Shown piece by piece: positions 7,810-16,315 of a stretch of DNA of 64,000 bases. Made by a program: the position numbers and the translations under genes. Position 1 is the first letter of the stretch. Each line of letters opens with the position of its first letter. Under the pieces are notes generated by a model, which worked only from the letters and a program-made list of their open reading frames with translations, was not told the DNA's origin and did not search any database. Source of the stretch: an uncultured Actinomycetes bacterium (GTDB lineage: Bacteria > Actinomycetota > Thermoleophilia > Gaiellales > JAICJC01); assembly GCA_963843705.1 (NCBI GenBank), contig CAWJLQ010000008.1, positions 612,144 to 676,143 on the forward strand, read 5' to 3'.

Positions 7810-8838
7810 ATGGACGACCTCGAAGCCCTCGTCGCCGACGCCCGCAGCAGGGTTGCGGCCGCCGCCGACCCTGACGCGCTCGAGGCGGTGCGGATCGAGG
7901 CGGTGGGCCGCAAGGCCCCGCTCGTACTGGCGCTGCGCGAGCTGGGCTCGCTGCCGGCGGACGAGCGGCGCGCGCGCGGAGCCGAGCTGAACACCGCCCG
8001 CCGCGCGATCGAGGCGGCGATCGACCAGCGCTCGGCCGAGCTGCGCGGGGCCGACCTGGAGCGGCGCCTGCGCACGGACCGCGTCGACGTCACCCTGCCC
8101 GGCGCACGCCGTCCGCGCGGCCACGCCCACCTGATCGAGCAGACGCGGCGCGACATCCTGGACGTCTTCGTCGGCTTCGGGTACGAGATCGCCGACGGGC
8201 CGGAGATCGACACGGTCTACTACAACTTCGACGCGCTGAACCACACCCCGACGCACCCGTCGCGGCAGGTGACCGACACCTTCTACGTCTCCGCCGACGT
8301 CGTCCTGCGCACGCACACCTCGCCGATGCAGATCCGGACGATGGAGGCGCACCCGCCGCCGGTCTACATGGCCACCGCCGGCCGCTGCTACCGGCGCGAC
8401 ACGCCGGACGCCACACACACCGCCATGTTCACGCAGATCGAGGGGCTGGTCGTCGACCGCGGGATCACGCTCGCCCACCTGAAGGGGACGCTCCTGCACT
8501 TCGCCCGGGCGATCTTCGGGGAGGAGCGCGAGGTGCGCCTGCGGCCGCACTTCTTCCCGTTCACGGAGCCGTCCGTCGAGGTCGACGTCAGCTGCTTCAA
8601 CTGCGCCCGGGACGGCTCGCCGTGCCGCGTGTGCCGCGGCGAGGGCTGGATCGAGATCCTCGGCGCCGGCATGGTCGACCCGAACCTGTACTCCTACGTC
8701 GAGGGTTACGACCCGGAGGAGGTGTCGGGCTTCGCGTTCGGGCTCGGCGTCGAGCGCGTGGCCGGCCTGCGCCACGACATCCCCGACATCCGCCTCCTGT
8801 GGGAGAACGACCTGCGGTTCATGGAGCAGTTCGGATGA
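7810..8838 (+). CDS. pheS: Phenylalanine--tRNA ligase alpha subunit
   Basis: Class II motifs are present (FRPHFFPFTEPSVEVD, GWIEILGAGMVDPNL, GFAFGLGVERV). Confidence 0.97.
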   Translation: MDDLEALVADARSRVAAAADPDALEAVRIEAVGRKAPLVLALRELGSLPADERRARGAELNTARRAIEAAIDQRSAELRGADLERRLRTDRVDVTLPGARRPRGHAHLIEQTRRDILDVFVGFGYEIADGPEIDTVYYNFDALNHTPTHPSRQVTDTFYVSADVVLRTHTSPMQIRTMEAHPPPVYMATAGRCYRRDTPDATHTAMFTQIEGLVVDRGITLAHLKGTLLHFARAIFGEEREVRLRPHFFPFTEPSVEVDVSCFNCARDGSPCRVCRGEGWIEILGAGMVDPNLYSYVEGYDPEEVSGFAFGLGVERVAGLRHDIPDIRLLWENDLRFMEQFG

Positions 8839-11192
8839 GGGTGCCGGTCTCGTGGCTGCGCGAGTACGTCGCGTTCGACCTCGACCCCCGCGACCTCGGC
8901 GAGCGTATGTCCATGACGGGGACGAAGCTCGAGGCGTTCCACCGCCGCGGCGTGCCCGCCGGGCTCGACCGCTACGTCGTCGGCCGGGTGCGCTCCCGCG
9001 AGCAGCACCCGAACGCCGACCGCCTCAGCCTGTGCAGCGTCGACATCGGCGCCGCCGAGCCGCAGCAGATCGTCTGCGGCGCGCGCAACTTCGAGGCCGG
9101 CGCGACCGTGGCGGTCGCGCTGCCGGGCGCGGTGCTGCCGGACGGGACGGAGCTGCGGGTGGCCAAGCTGCGCGGGGTCGAGTCGCACGGGATGATGCTC
9201 TCCGAGCGCGAGCTCGAGCTCGGCCAGGACCACGACGGCATCATGCTCCTTCCGGACGCGTGGCCGGTCGGCGACGCCCTGATCGACCACCTCGCCATCG
9301 CCGACGACGTGCTCGAGTTCGAGATCACGTCGAACCGGCCCGACTGCCAGAACGTGTACGGGATCGCCCGCGAGGTGTCCGCCGTGCTCGACACGGACCT
9401 CGCGCCGTGGCCGGGCGCGGAGCCGGCGGCGACCGGCGAGGGGACGGTGGACGACCACGTGCAGGCGCGCATCGATGCCCCCGACATGTGCCCGCGCTGG
9501 GCCGGGCGCGTGTTCACGAACGTCCGCGTCGGCCCGTCACCGCCGTGGCTCAAGGCCCGCATCGCGGCCGCCGGCATGCGCCCGATCTCGAACGTCGTCG
9601 ACATCACGAACTACGTGATGCTCGCGATCGGCGAGCCGACCCACGCCTTCGACCTCGACAAGGTGGCCGGGCGCGAGATCGTCGTCCGGCGCGCGACGGC
9701 GGGCGAGCGGGTGACGACGCTGGACGGGCAGGATCGCGTGCTCGACACCGAGACGCTGGTCATCGCCGACGCCGAGAAGCCGTCCGCCGTGGCCGGGTTG
9801 ATGGGAGCCGAGTGGAGCGAGGTGTCCGACGCGACGACGACCGTGCTGATCGAGTGTGCGAACTTCGACGGCCCGACCACGCAGGCGTCGTCGATCCGGC
9901 TCGGCCTGCGCACGGAGGGCTCGTCGCGGTGGGAGAAGGGGCTCGACCCGCACCTCTCGCCGCGCGCGCTCGCGCTCGCGTCGCAGCTCATGGTCGAGCT
10001 GTGCGGCGCGACGCTCGTGCCGGGCACGATCGACCTCCACGGCGACCTGCCCGAGCCGCCGGTCGTGCCGCTGCGCCGCGAGCGGCTCGAGGCGGTGATC
10101 GGCGCGGAGTACACCGATGCCGAGGTCGCGCGCTCGCTCTCCCGGCTCGGCTACGAGGCCGTCGACGGCGGATGGCGGGTGCCCACCTGGCGGATGTCGG
10201 ACACGACCCGCGAGATCGATCTGGTCGAGGAGGTCGCGCGCGTCTGCGATCTCGAGCGCGTCCCGATCCGGATGCCCGGCGGCGCGCCGCGCGGAGGGCG
10301 GCTCGGCGACGACGAGCGGCTCCGCCGCGCCGTGGTCGACATCCTGCGCGGGGCGGGCCTCTCCGAGGCTGCGACGCTCACGCTGTGGGACGTCGGCGTG
10401 CCCGACCGCCTGCGCCTCGCGGCCGGCGATCCCCGCCGCGCGCTGGTCGAGCTCCAGAATCCGATGAGCGCCGAGTGGGCGGCGATGCGCACCCTCGTGT
10501 TCCCGGGGCTGCTGCACTCCGCGCGCCGGAACCTGGCGATGTCGGCGCCGCGGGTGGCGCTCTTCGAGATCGGCCACGTGTTCCTGCGCGGCGAGGGGGC
10601 GCTGCCCGACCAGCCGGCCCGCGTCGCCGGCGTGATTGCCGGCGACGGCGCCGGCTTCTTCGACGCGAAGGGCGTGATCGAGACGCTGCTCGCCGGCATG
10701 CACGTCGACGCGGAGGACTACGCCCCGGCCGACGAGCCGTTCCTGCATCCCGGCCGCTCGGCCGCGTTCGGGAACGGGTTCGTCGGCGAGCTGCATCCGC
10801 TGGTCGCCGATGCGTTCGGGATCGAGGGCGGGGCGGCCGTGTTCGAGCTCGGGCTCGAGGGGCTGCGCGGCCGCCCGCCCGAGCAGGTGCGCTACCGGGA
10901 CGTGACGAGCTTCCCGCCGGTACGCCAGGACATCGCGGTCGTCGTCGCCGAGGACGTTCCCGCCGGGCGGGTCGTCGGGATCGTGCGGGACGCGGCCGGA
11001 GCCGTGCTCGCGAGCGTCGAGGTGTTCGACGTCTACCGCGGGCCGCAGGTGGGGGAGGGCCGCAAGAGCCTCGCGCTGCATCTGGTCTTCCAGGCCGACG
11101 ACCGCACGCTCACCGACGCGGACGCCGACGCCGTCCGCGAGCGCGTTGTGGCCGAGCTGCGGGCGAAGGCCGGCGGAGAGCTGCGCGGATGA
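8835..11192 (+). CDS. pheT: Phenylalanine--tRNA ligase beta subunit
   Basis: ATG 8835 overlaps the pheS stop (ATGA) and gives MRVPVSWLREYV. The tRNA-binding, B3/4, B5 and FDX-ACB regions are recognisable. The tracked ORF start at 8622 is upstream readthrough. Confidence 0.97.
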   Translation: MRVPVSWLREYVAFDLDPRDLGERMSMTGTKLEAFHRRGVPAGLDRYVVGRVRSREQHPNADRLSLCSVDIGAAEPQQIVCGARNFEAGATVAVALPGAVLPDGTELRVAKLRGVESHGMMLSERELELGQDHDGIMLLPDAWPVGDALIDHLAIADDVLEFEITSNRPDCQNVYGIAREVSAVLDTDLAPWPGAEPAATGEGTVDDHVQARIDAPDMCPRWAGRVFTNVRVGPSPPWLKARIAAAGMRPISNVVDITNYVMLAIGEPTHAFDLDKVAGREIVVRRATAGERVTTLDGQDRVLDTETLVIADAEKPSAVAGLMGAEWSEVSDATTTVLIECANFDGPTTQASSIRLGLRTEGSSRWEKGLDPHLSPRALALASQLMVELCGATLVPGTIDLHGDLPEPPVVPLRRERLEAVIGAEYTDAEVARSLSRLGYEAVDGGWRVPTWRMSDTTREIDLVEEVARVCDLERVPIRMPGGAPRGGRLGDDERLRRAVVDILRGAGLSEAATLTLWDVGVPDRLRLAAGDPRRALVELQNPMSAEWAAMRTLVFPGLLHSARRNLAMSAPRVALFEIGHVFLRGEGALPDQPARVAGVIAGDGAGFFDAKGVIETLLAGMHVDAEDYAPADEPFLHPGRSAAFGNGFVGELHPLVADAFGIEGGAAVFELGLEGLRGRPPEQVRYRDVTSFPPVRQDIAVVVAEDVPAGRVVGIVRDAAGAVLASVEVFDVYRGPQVGEGRKSLALHLVFQADDRTLTDADADAVRERVVAELRAKAGGELRG

Positions 11193-12037
11193 CCCGCGAC
11201 GAGCTGGTCGCCCGGCTCGACGCCTATTTCGGCACGCTTGATGTGCGCGGCGACGACTGGGCCGGTCTCTTCGACCTCGTCTATCCCGACCCGTACTGGC
11301 GCGAATTCGCCGAGCCGGGCTACGAGGGGCGCTGGAACGGGCTCCTGGTGAGCGGCGCCGACGCGGTCGACCGGGTGGCGACGTGCGTCTTCCCGTCCGA
11401 CCGCGTGATCGGCCTGCTGGCCCCCGGCACGTTCCTCTTCTCCGAGCATCCGATCGACTACGCGGACGAGCCCGGCTTCCTGCCGCTCGCCCGGTCGAGC
11501 TTCGAGCGCATGCGCGCCGACGGCATCTCCTTCTACCACGTGCACGCCCCGATCGACCATCACCCCGAGGTGTCGCCGTCGCGCCTGTGCGCCGCGGCGA
11601 TGGGAGTGACGGTCGAGCAGGAGTACCTGCCGATCGCCGAGGGCATCGGCGGCGGGGCGGCGGTGATCGGCCGCTCCGACGCGACGGTGGACGAGCTCGC
11701 GGCCCGGCTCTCGGCCGAGCTCGGCCCGGACGTGCCGGTGCGGGTCGTCCGCCGTCGCGCCGGCACCGACCTGGCGGGGCGGGTGGCCGTGGTCGGCGGC
11801 GGCGGCGCCGACCGCGAGGCGCTCGAGGAGTCGCTCGCGCGCGGCTGCGAGACCTTCGTCACCGGCGGGACGTTCACGCGCTGGGCGACGGAGTTCCTCG
11901 CGCTGGCGGACGACGCCGGCGTGGCGGTCGTCGACGGGACGCACTACGGCACCGAGGTGCCGCCGCAGATCGCGATGGCCGCGTGGTTCCGCGGGCTCGG
12001 GCTCGAGGCCGAGTTCGTCCCCGACGGCCCGAAGTAG
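11189..12037 (+). CDS. Nif3-like dinuclear metal centre protein
   Basis: ATG 11189 overlaps the pheT stop (ATGA). FSEHPID, FYHVHAPIDHH and DGTHYGTE correspond to the metal-binding His/Asp positions of the NIF3 family. Confidence 0.8.
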   Translation: MTRDELVARLDAYFGTLDVRGDDWAGLFDLVYPDPYWREFAEPGYEGRWNGLLVSGADAVDRVATCVFPSDRVIGLLAPGTFLFSEHPIDYADEPGFLPLARSSFERMRADGISFYHVHAPIDHHPEVSPSRLCAAAMGVTVEQEYLPIAEGIGGGAAVIGRSDATVDELAARLSAELGPDVPVRVVRRRAGTDLAGRVAVVGGGGADREALEESLARGCETFVTGGTFTRWATEFLALADDAGVAVVDGTHYGTEVPPQIAMAAWFRGLGLEAEFVPDGPK

Positions 12038-12062
12038 CCCGCACATCGAGGGAAAATCCTCC

Positions 12063-12091
12063 TTGACGCGGATTCCCCGGGGAAGTAGCTT
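12063..12091 (+). promoter_or_regulatory. Candidate promoter
   Basis: TTGACG (12063-12068), a 17-nt spacer, then TAGCTT (12086-12091). It is followed by the hairpin GACCACTC-aacaggc-GAGTGGTC. Confidence 0.3.
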
Positions 12092-12166
12092 CCCGGTGGC
12101 AGAAGTTGTCGGACCACTCAACAGGCGAGTGGTCGCCGCTGCCGGGTTCTTCGCAGGCAGGTGCGA

Positions 12167-12379
12167 ATGGCTGTGCAGGTGGACGTAGGTCGGACGGAGG
12201 ACGGGGAGGCCGTCACCGTCGTCTTTCACGGCTTCCCGGTCGAGGAGTCGCTCCTCATGCGCATCCTGATCTCCGACTGTTCGGGCGACGTCGACGTCGT
12301 CGCCACACGGCTGCGCCGCATCGCGGAGCGGCTCGAGCAGGGTGCGCTCGGGGCCGGCGCGGCCCGCGAACGCGCCTGA
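12167..12379 (+). CDS. Hypothetical small protein (70 aa)
   Basis: Tracked ORF 12161..12379 has third-codon positions mostly G/C and a CCGCCT-gagtg-AGGCGG hairpin just after the stop. No domain recognised. Confidence 0.35.
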   Translation: MAVQVDVGRTEDGEAVTVVFHGFPVEESLLMRILISDCSGDVDVVATRLRRIAERLEQGALGAGAARERA

Positions 12380-12520
12380 TCGCATCCGCCTGAGTGAGGC
12401 GGCGGCCGGTGCTGCGTGACGGCCGTCACACACCGCGTGCATCGGCGGATGTGGACGGCGTGGACGTGCGTCCGTAGCGTTCTGCGCATGATGGTTTCCC
12501 TTCACGGAAGGACCAGGACG

Positions 12521-12898
12521 ATGATCACCTTCACCCGCACCACCCGTGTCGTGCTCGTGGCGGCCGCCGCGCTGGCGGTCGCGGCGCCCACCGCCTCCGC
12601 GAAGCCGATCGGGCCTCGCACCACCCCGGCCGTGACCTCCACGGCGGGGTACCAGGGCAGCTACCGGCCCGACACCGCGAGCATCGCACTCCCGCCGGAT
12701 CGCGTCGACCGGATCGGGACGCTCGGCGGGGCCGTCACCAGCCACCCGGTCGTCGTGTCGACGCGGACGGCGCGCGGCTCGAGCTCGTTCGACTGGACGG
12801 CCGCCGCCATCGGAGCGGGCTCCGTCGCCTCCGCGGTGCTGATCGGCGCCGGCGCCGTGGGCCTGCGCGGCCGCCGGCGGATGGCGCTGGGCGTCTGA
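12521..12898 (+). CDS. Hypothetical secreted protein with a C-terminal membrane anchor
   Basis: ATG 12521 is preceded by GGAAGGA. It has a signal peptide MITFTRTTRVVLVAAAALAVAAPTASA and a C-terminal hydrophobic stretch followed by RGRRR. Confidence 0.55.
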   Translation: MITFTRTTRVVLVAAAALAVAAPTASAKPIGPRTTPAVTSTAGYQGSYRPDTASIALPPDRVDRIGTLGGAVTSHPVVVSTRTARGSSSFDWTAAAIGAGSVASAVLIGAGAVGLRGRRRMALGV

Positions 12899-12929
12899 GC
12901 GGCACCACCCGGGCACGTCGCGTGCGTCA

Positions 12930-12963
12930 ACCGGGCGGGCTTCCCAGGGGAGGCCCGCCCGGT
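12930..12963 (+). terminator. GC-rich hairpin downstream of the 12521-12898 gene
   Basis: (A)CCGGGCGGGC-12 nt-GCCCGCCCGG(T) forms an 11-bp stem with no T-run, a common terminator form in high-GC genomes. Confidence 0.45.
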
Positions 12964-12987
12964 CCACGCCGGCGCGACGGCCTTCGC

Positions 12988-13654
12988 AACCTCGACGGCG
13001 TGCCGTCCTTCCGCACGGCGGCGAACGGCAGCGTCGATGAGTTTGCGGCCGCCGACCGGTCAACCCGTCGATGAGCCGCACCCGCTACCCGGCGTCGGCG
13101 GCGAGCGCCTGCACGGCTGGATGCGCGCTCTGGCGGCCTGGCGCCGCGACGCCGGTCTGGAAGGCGGGGTCGAGCACGCGAGCACGGCCGTCTACGAGGC
13201 CGGCGGCGAGAACATCGGCGCCATCGTGATGGGCCGCAACATGTTCGGCGGCGGCCCCGGGCCGTGGCGGGATCCGCCGTGGAACGGCTGGTGGGGAGAG
13301 GAGCCGCCCTTCCGGCTGCCCGTGTACGTGCTCACGCACCATCCGCGGCCTCCGCTCGCGTGCCGGGGCGGGACGACGTTCACGTTCGTCACCGACGGCA
13401 CGCAGGCGGCCGTCGCGCGGGCGTCCGAGGCGGCGGGTGGCCGCGACGTGGCCATCGCCGGCGGCGCGGCCGTGGCGAAGCAGCTGATCGGAGCACGTCT
13501 CGTCGACGAGATCGCGATCCACCTCGTCCCGGTCATCCTGGGCGGCGGGGTGCGCCTCTTCGAGGGCGACGGGTTCGCGGAGCTGGGTCTCGAGCAGGTG
13601 CGCGCGATCGAGGCCCCCGGCGTGACGCACCTCACCTACCGGCGGAGCGGCTGA
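12988..13654 (+). pseudogene. Dihydrofolate reductase family (RibD C-terminal domain) gene, probably disrupted at its 5' end
   Basis: Intact ORF 13037..13654 encodes PLPGVGGERLHGWM...IVMGRNMFGGGPGPW...VAIAGGAAVAKQLI...LVPVILGGGVRLF. The expected N-terminal (S/N)LDG...NGSVDE segment lies in another frame (12988-13041), separated by a 34-nt offset bounded by two GTCGATGAG copies. There is no start codon upstream. Confidence 0.5.
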
Positions 13655-14312
13655 CCGCCTTCGGCGGGACGGGCGGGTGCGCCTGGATGTGCAGCCGGGT
13701 GAGCCGCTCGGCCTCGTCGGCGTCGCCGCGGTCGATCGCGTCGACGATCCGCTCGTGCTCGTCCGCCCAGGCCGACGGGCCGGCCGGCTCGGCGGCCTGG
13801 GCCTGGTAGATGGGGACGCCGATTCGGGGCACCCACAGCATCTCGGCGAAACGGGTCAGGTGGGGGTTGCCCGACGCCGCGGCGAGCGCGAGGTGGAACG
13901 AGCGGTTGGCCTCGAAGCTCGTGCCCCTGTCGCCGTCGGCGCTGCGCTGGGCGCCGATGGCGTCGCGCATCGCCCGGATCCCGTCCCCGTCGCGCCGCTC
14001 GGCGGCGAGGCGGGCTGCGCCGGGCTCGAGCGCCACCCGCGCCGCCCAGGCGTGGCGCATGTCGCCGAAGTCGAGCTCGGACACGGTGGCGCCGCGGTTC
14101 GGCGAGAAGTCCACCAGGCCCTCGGCCGAGAGTCGCCGCAGCGCCTCGCGCAGCGGCGTGCGCGACACGCCCAGCTCGTCGGCGAGCGTCGCCTGGCGCA
14201 GCTTCGTCGCGCGGGGGAGATCGCCGGACAGGATCCGCTCGCGAAGCGCGGTGTAGACGTGGTCGACGACGCTCTGGATCTGGAGGCGTCCGTTGGCGGA
14301 ATTGGCGCTCAT
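13632..14312 (-). CDS. GntR family transcriptional regulator (FadR/FCD subfamily)
   Basis: Has the winged HTH LRQATLADELGVSRTPLREALRRLSAEGLV plus a C-terminal FCD-like helical domain. Start is ATG 14312 (or 14324). The rest of tracked ORF 13632..14588 is upstream readthrough. Confidence 0.85.
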   Translation of the reverse strand: MSANSANGRLQIQSVVDHVYTALRERILSGDLPRATKLRQATLADELGVSRTPLREALRRLSAEGLVDFSPNRGATVSELDFGDMRHAWAARVALEPGAARLAAERRDGDGIRAMRDAIGAQRSADGDRGTSFEANRSFHLALAAASGNPHLTRFAEMLWVPRIGVPIYQAQAAEPAGPSAWADEHERIVDAIDRGDADEAERLTRLHIQAHPPVPPKAVSRSAGR

Positions 14313-14424
14313 TGCTCTTTGCATACAGTACGCCGCCCTCTCACGTGCGCAAAGGCGGCGGGTCTTGACAGCGATCCGGCCTGGGTGCGAATGTATCCAA
14401 TTACTCGACCCCAGGAGGAAGCCA

Positions 14425-15951
14425 ATGGCAGCCACGCCATCGCCGCCGGCCAGCGGCGGCCAACTCGGCGAGCGTCGACTCGGCACGATGGCCGCAGTCG
14501 CACAGTCGCTCGCGATCGGCCCGATGTTCTCGACGGCGCTCGTGCTCAGCCTGGTATCGAACCCGGACAACGGGTCGCTGTTCAACACCGCGCTCAGCGT
14601 GCTGCTCGCCGGCCTCGGCGTGCTCGCGATCGCCTATGCGATCTCCCTCTTCGCCCGCCGCTACCAGGGGGCGGGGGCGGTCTACGAGTACCTGACGCAC
14701 GGCGCGCATCCGTCGGTCGGAGTCTTCGTCGCCGGCGTCTTCTTCGTCGGCACGCTCTTCCTCGGCGGCGGCGGCATCTACCTCGGCCTCGGGATCCTCA
14801 CCCAGGGCTTCTGGGTGTCGCACATCACCACCTCGACGATCCCGGCGTGGTGGGTCTTCGCGCTCATCTTCCTCGTCCTCGTGCTCGCGCTGAACTACGT
14901 CGGCATCCGCCTCGCCATCGGGCTCATGCTCGGCTTTGCGGCCATCTCCTTCACCGCGATGACGATCCTGGCGCTCGCGATCATCTTCCAGGGCGGCCAG
15001 GACGGGAACACGCTGCAGATGTTCAACCCGGGCACGACGTCGATCGGGACGATCTTCGACGGGGTGCTCCTGGGGATCCTGCTCTTCGTCGGCTTCGAGG
15101 CGGCGGCGTCGATCGGCGAGGAGAGCCACGACCCGCACCGCTCGATCCCGCGCGCGCTGCTCGGCACCGTCGCGGTCTCGGCGGCCTTCTACGTGCTGAT
15201 GGCCTACGCGATCGAGGTCGGCCTGGGCAAGGCCGCGGTCGACAAGGGAGCGTGGCTCGATCCGGCCGCCCTCGACAACATGGCCAAGCAGTACGTCGGC
15301 TCCTGGTATGCCGGCATCATCGACCTGGTCGTCATCCTCGATGCCACCGCGCTCGCGCTGGCCATCTGCGTCACCATCGGCCGCGGCTACTTCGCCCTCG
15401 GTCGCGACGGCCTGCTGCCCTCGGTGTTCGCGCGGACGTCCCGCCACAACACGCCGTGGGTGGGCAACCTGATGGTCATCGTCGGCGGCGGCGGCCTGAC
15501 CCTGATCGCCGCGTACAGCCACACCATGGACCGGTTCATCCCGATCGCCGGGACGCGCGAGTTCAGCGCCTTCCTGGTGTCCGCGACGGCCGGCTCGTTC
15601 GCCATCGAGCTCGTCTACCTGGCGCTGGCGATCGCCGCCGTCGGCCTGCTGATGCGCTACGGCGGCACCTGGTGGCAGTACCTCGTCGTGCTGGTCGCGA
15701 TCGCGACGCCGGTGCTCGGCTTCTACGGGGCGCTGCACCCGGGGCCGCACAACTCGACGAACCTGAACTGGCTCGCGTTCTACTGGGCGCTCGGCGTCGT
15801 CGTGCTCTCGGCGGTCTGGTACGCCGTCATGCAGGTGTGGAAGCCCGACCGGATCCGCAACGCCGCCGCCCACGCGGCGGCGCACCACGGCGTTGCACCG
15901 CTGGACGAGAACGTCGACTTCAGCCCGGCGCCGCCGGACACGGCGGTGTAG
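14425..15951 (+). CDS. APC family amino acid permease
   Basis: ATG 14425 has AGGAGG 7 nt upstream. About 12 hydrophobic segments are visible, with GFEAAASIGEES typical of APC transporters. It is divergent from the GntR gene. Confidence 0.85.
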   Translation: MAATPSPPASGGQLGERRLGTMAAVAQSLAIGPMFSTALVLSLVSNPDNGSLFNTALSVLLAGLGVLAIAYAISLFARRYQGAGAVYEYLTHGAHPSVGVFVAGVFFVGTLFLGGGGIYLGLGILTQGFWVSHITTSTIPAWWVFALIFLVLVLALNYVGIRLAIGLMLGFAAISFTAMTILALAIIFQGGQDGNTLQMFNPGTTSIGTIFDGVLLGILLFVGFEAAASIGEESHDPHRSIPRALLGTVAVSAAFYVLMAYAIEVGLGKAAVDKGAWLDPAALDNMAKQYVGSWYAGIIDLVVILDATALALAICVTIGRGYFALGRDGLLPSVFARTSRHNTPWVGNLMVIVGGGGLTLIAAYSHTMDRFIPIAGTREFSAFLVSATAGSFAIELVYLALAIAAVGLLMRYGGTWWQYLVVLVAIATPVLGFYGALHPGPHNSTNLNWLAFYWALGVVVLSAVWYAVMQVWKPDRIRNAAAHAAAHHGVAPLDENVDFSPAPPDTAV

Positions 15952-15963
15952 AGGGAGCGACGA

Positions 15964-16290
15964 CTAGGTGACGCCCTGCGTGGCCACGGGGCGGACGTCC
16001 GAGAGACGCCGCTCCAGCTTCAGCGTGGCCACGATGCCGACGGCGTCGAGGGTGCCGAGCCGCTTGCGCACGAGCTGCGCGGCGGCTCCGTACCCGTAGG
16101 TGTGGGCGGCCCGGAAGTGGAAGACGCCGCTGCGCCAGTCCTGGTCGTGCCACGGGTTGAGCGGCGACATCACGAGCGCGCACTCCTCGGACTGGACGGC
16201 GTCGCGCAGCCGCAGCTCGAGGAAGAGCGACGACCAGTCCGACGGCTGGGCGGCGACGATCGCGTCCCACTGCTCCACGAGGCCCGACAT
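15964..16290 (-). CDS. Hypothetical protein (108 aa)
   Basis: The tracked ORF gives a plausible globular sequence. It lies 25 nt downstream of the CopC/CopD gene on the same strand. Confidence 0.55.
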   Translation of the reverse strand: MSGLVEQWDAIVAAQPSDWSSLFLELRLRDAVQSEECALVMSPLNPWHDQDWRSGVFHFRAAHTYGYGAAAQLVRKRLGTLDAVGIVATLKLERRLSDVRPVATQGVT

Positions 16291-16315
16291 GCCGGGGATC
16301 GTACAGGCGCCACGT

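Noticed and set aside
8852-11188. Out-of-frame 1061-aa ORF running through pheT
   Set aside because: Its translation is Arg/Ala/Gly/Pro-rich nonsense until it enters the Nif3 gene frame at 11189. pheT in the other frame has all the expected domains.
11033-13081. A 682-aa minus-strand ORF spanning the Nif3 gene and the following intergenic region
   Set aside because: It is antisense to Nif3 and to small plus-strand genes, crosses promoter and terminator-like sequences, and has a nonsense-like translation.
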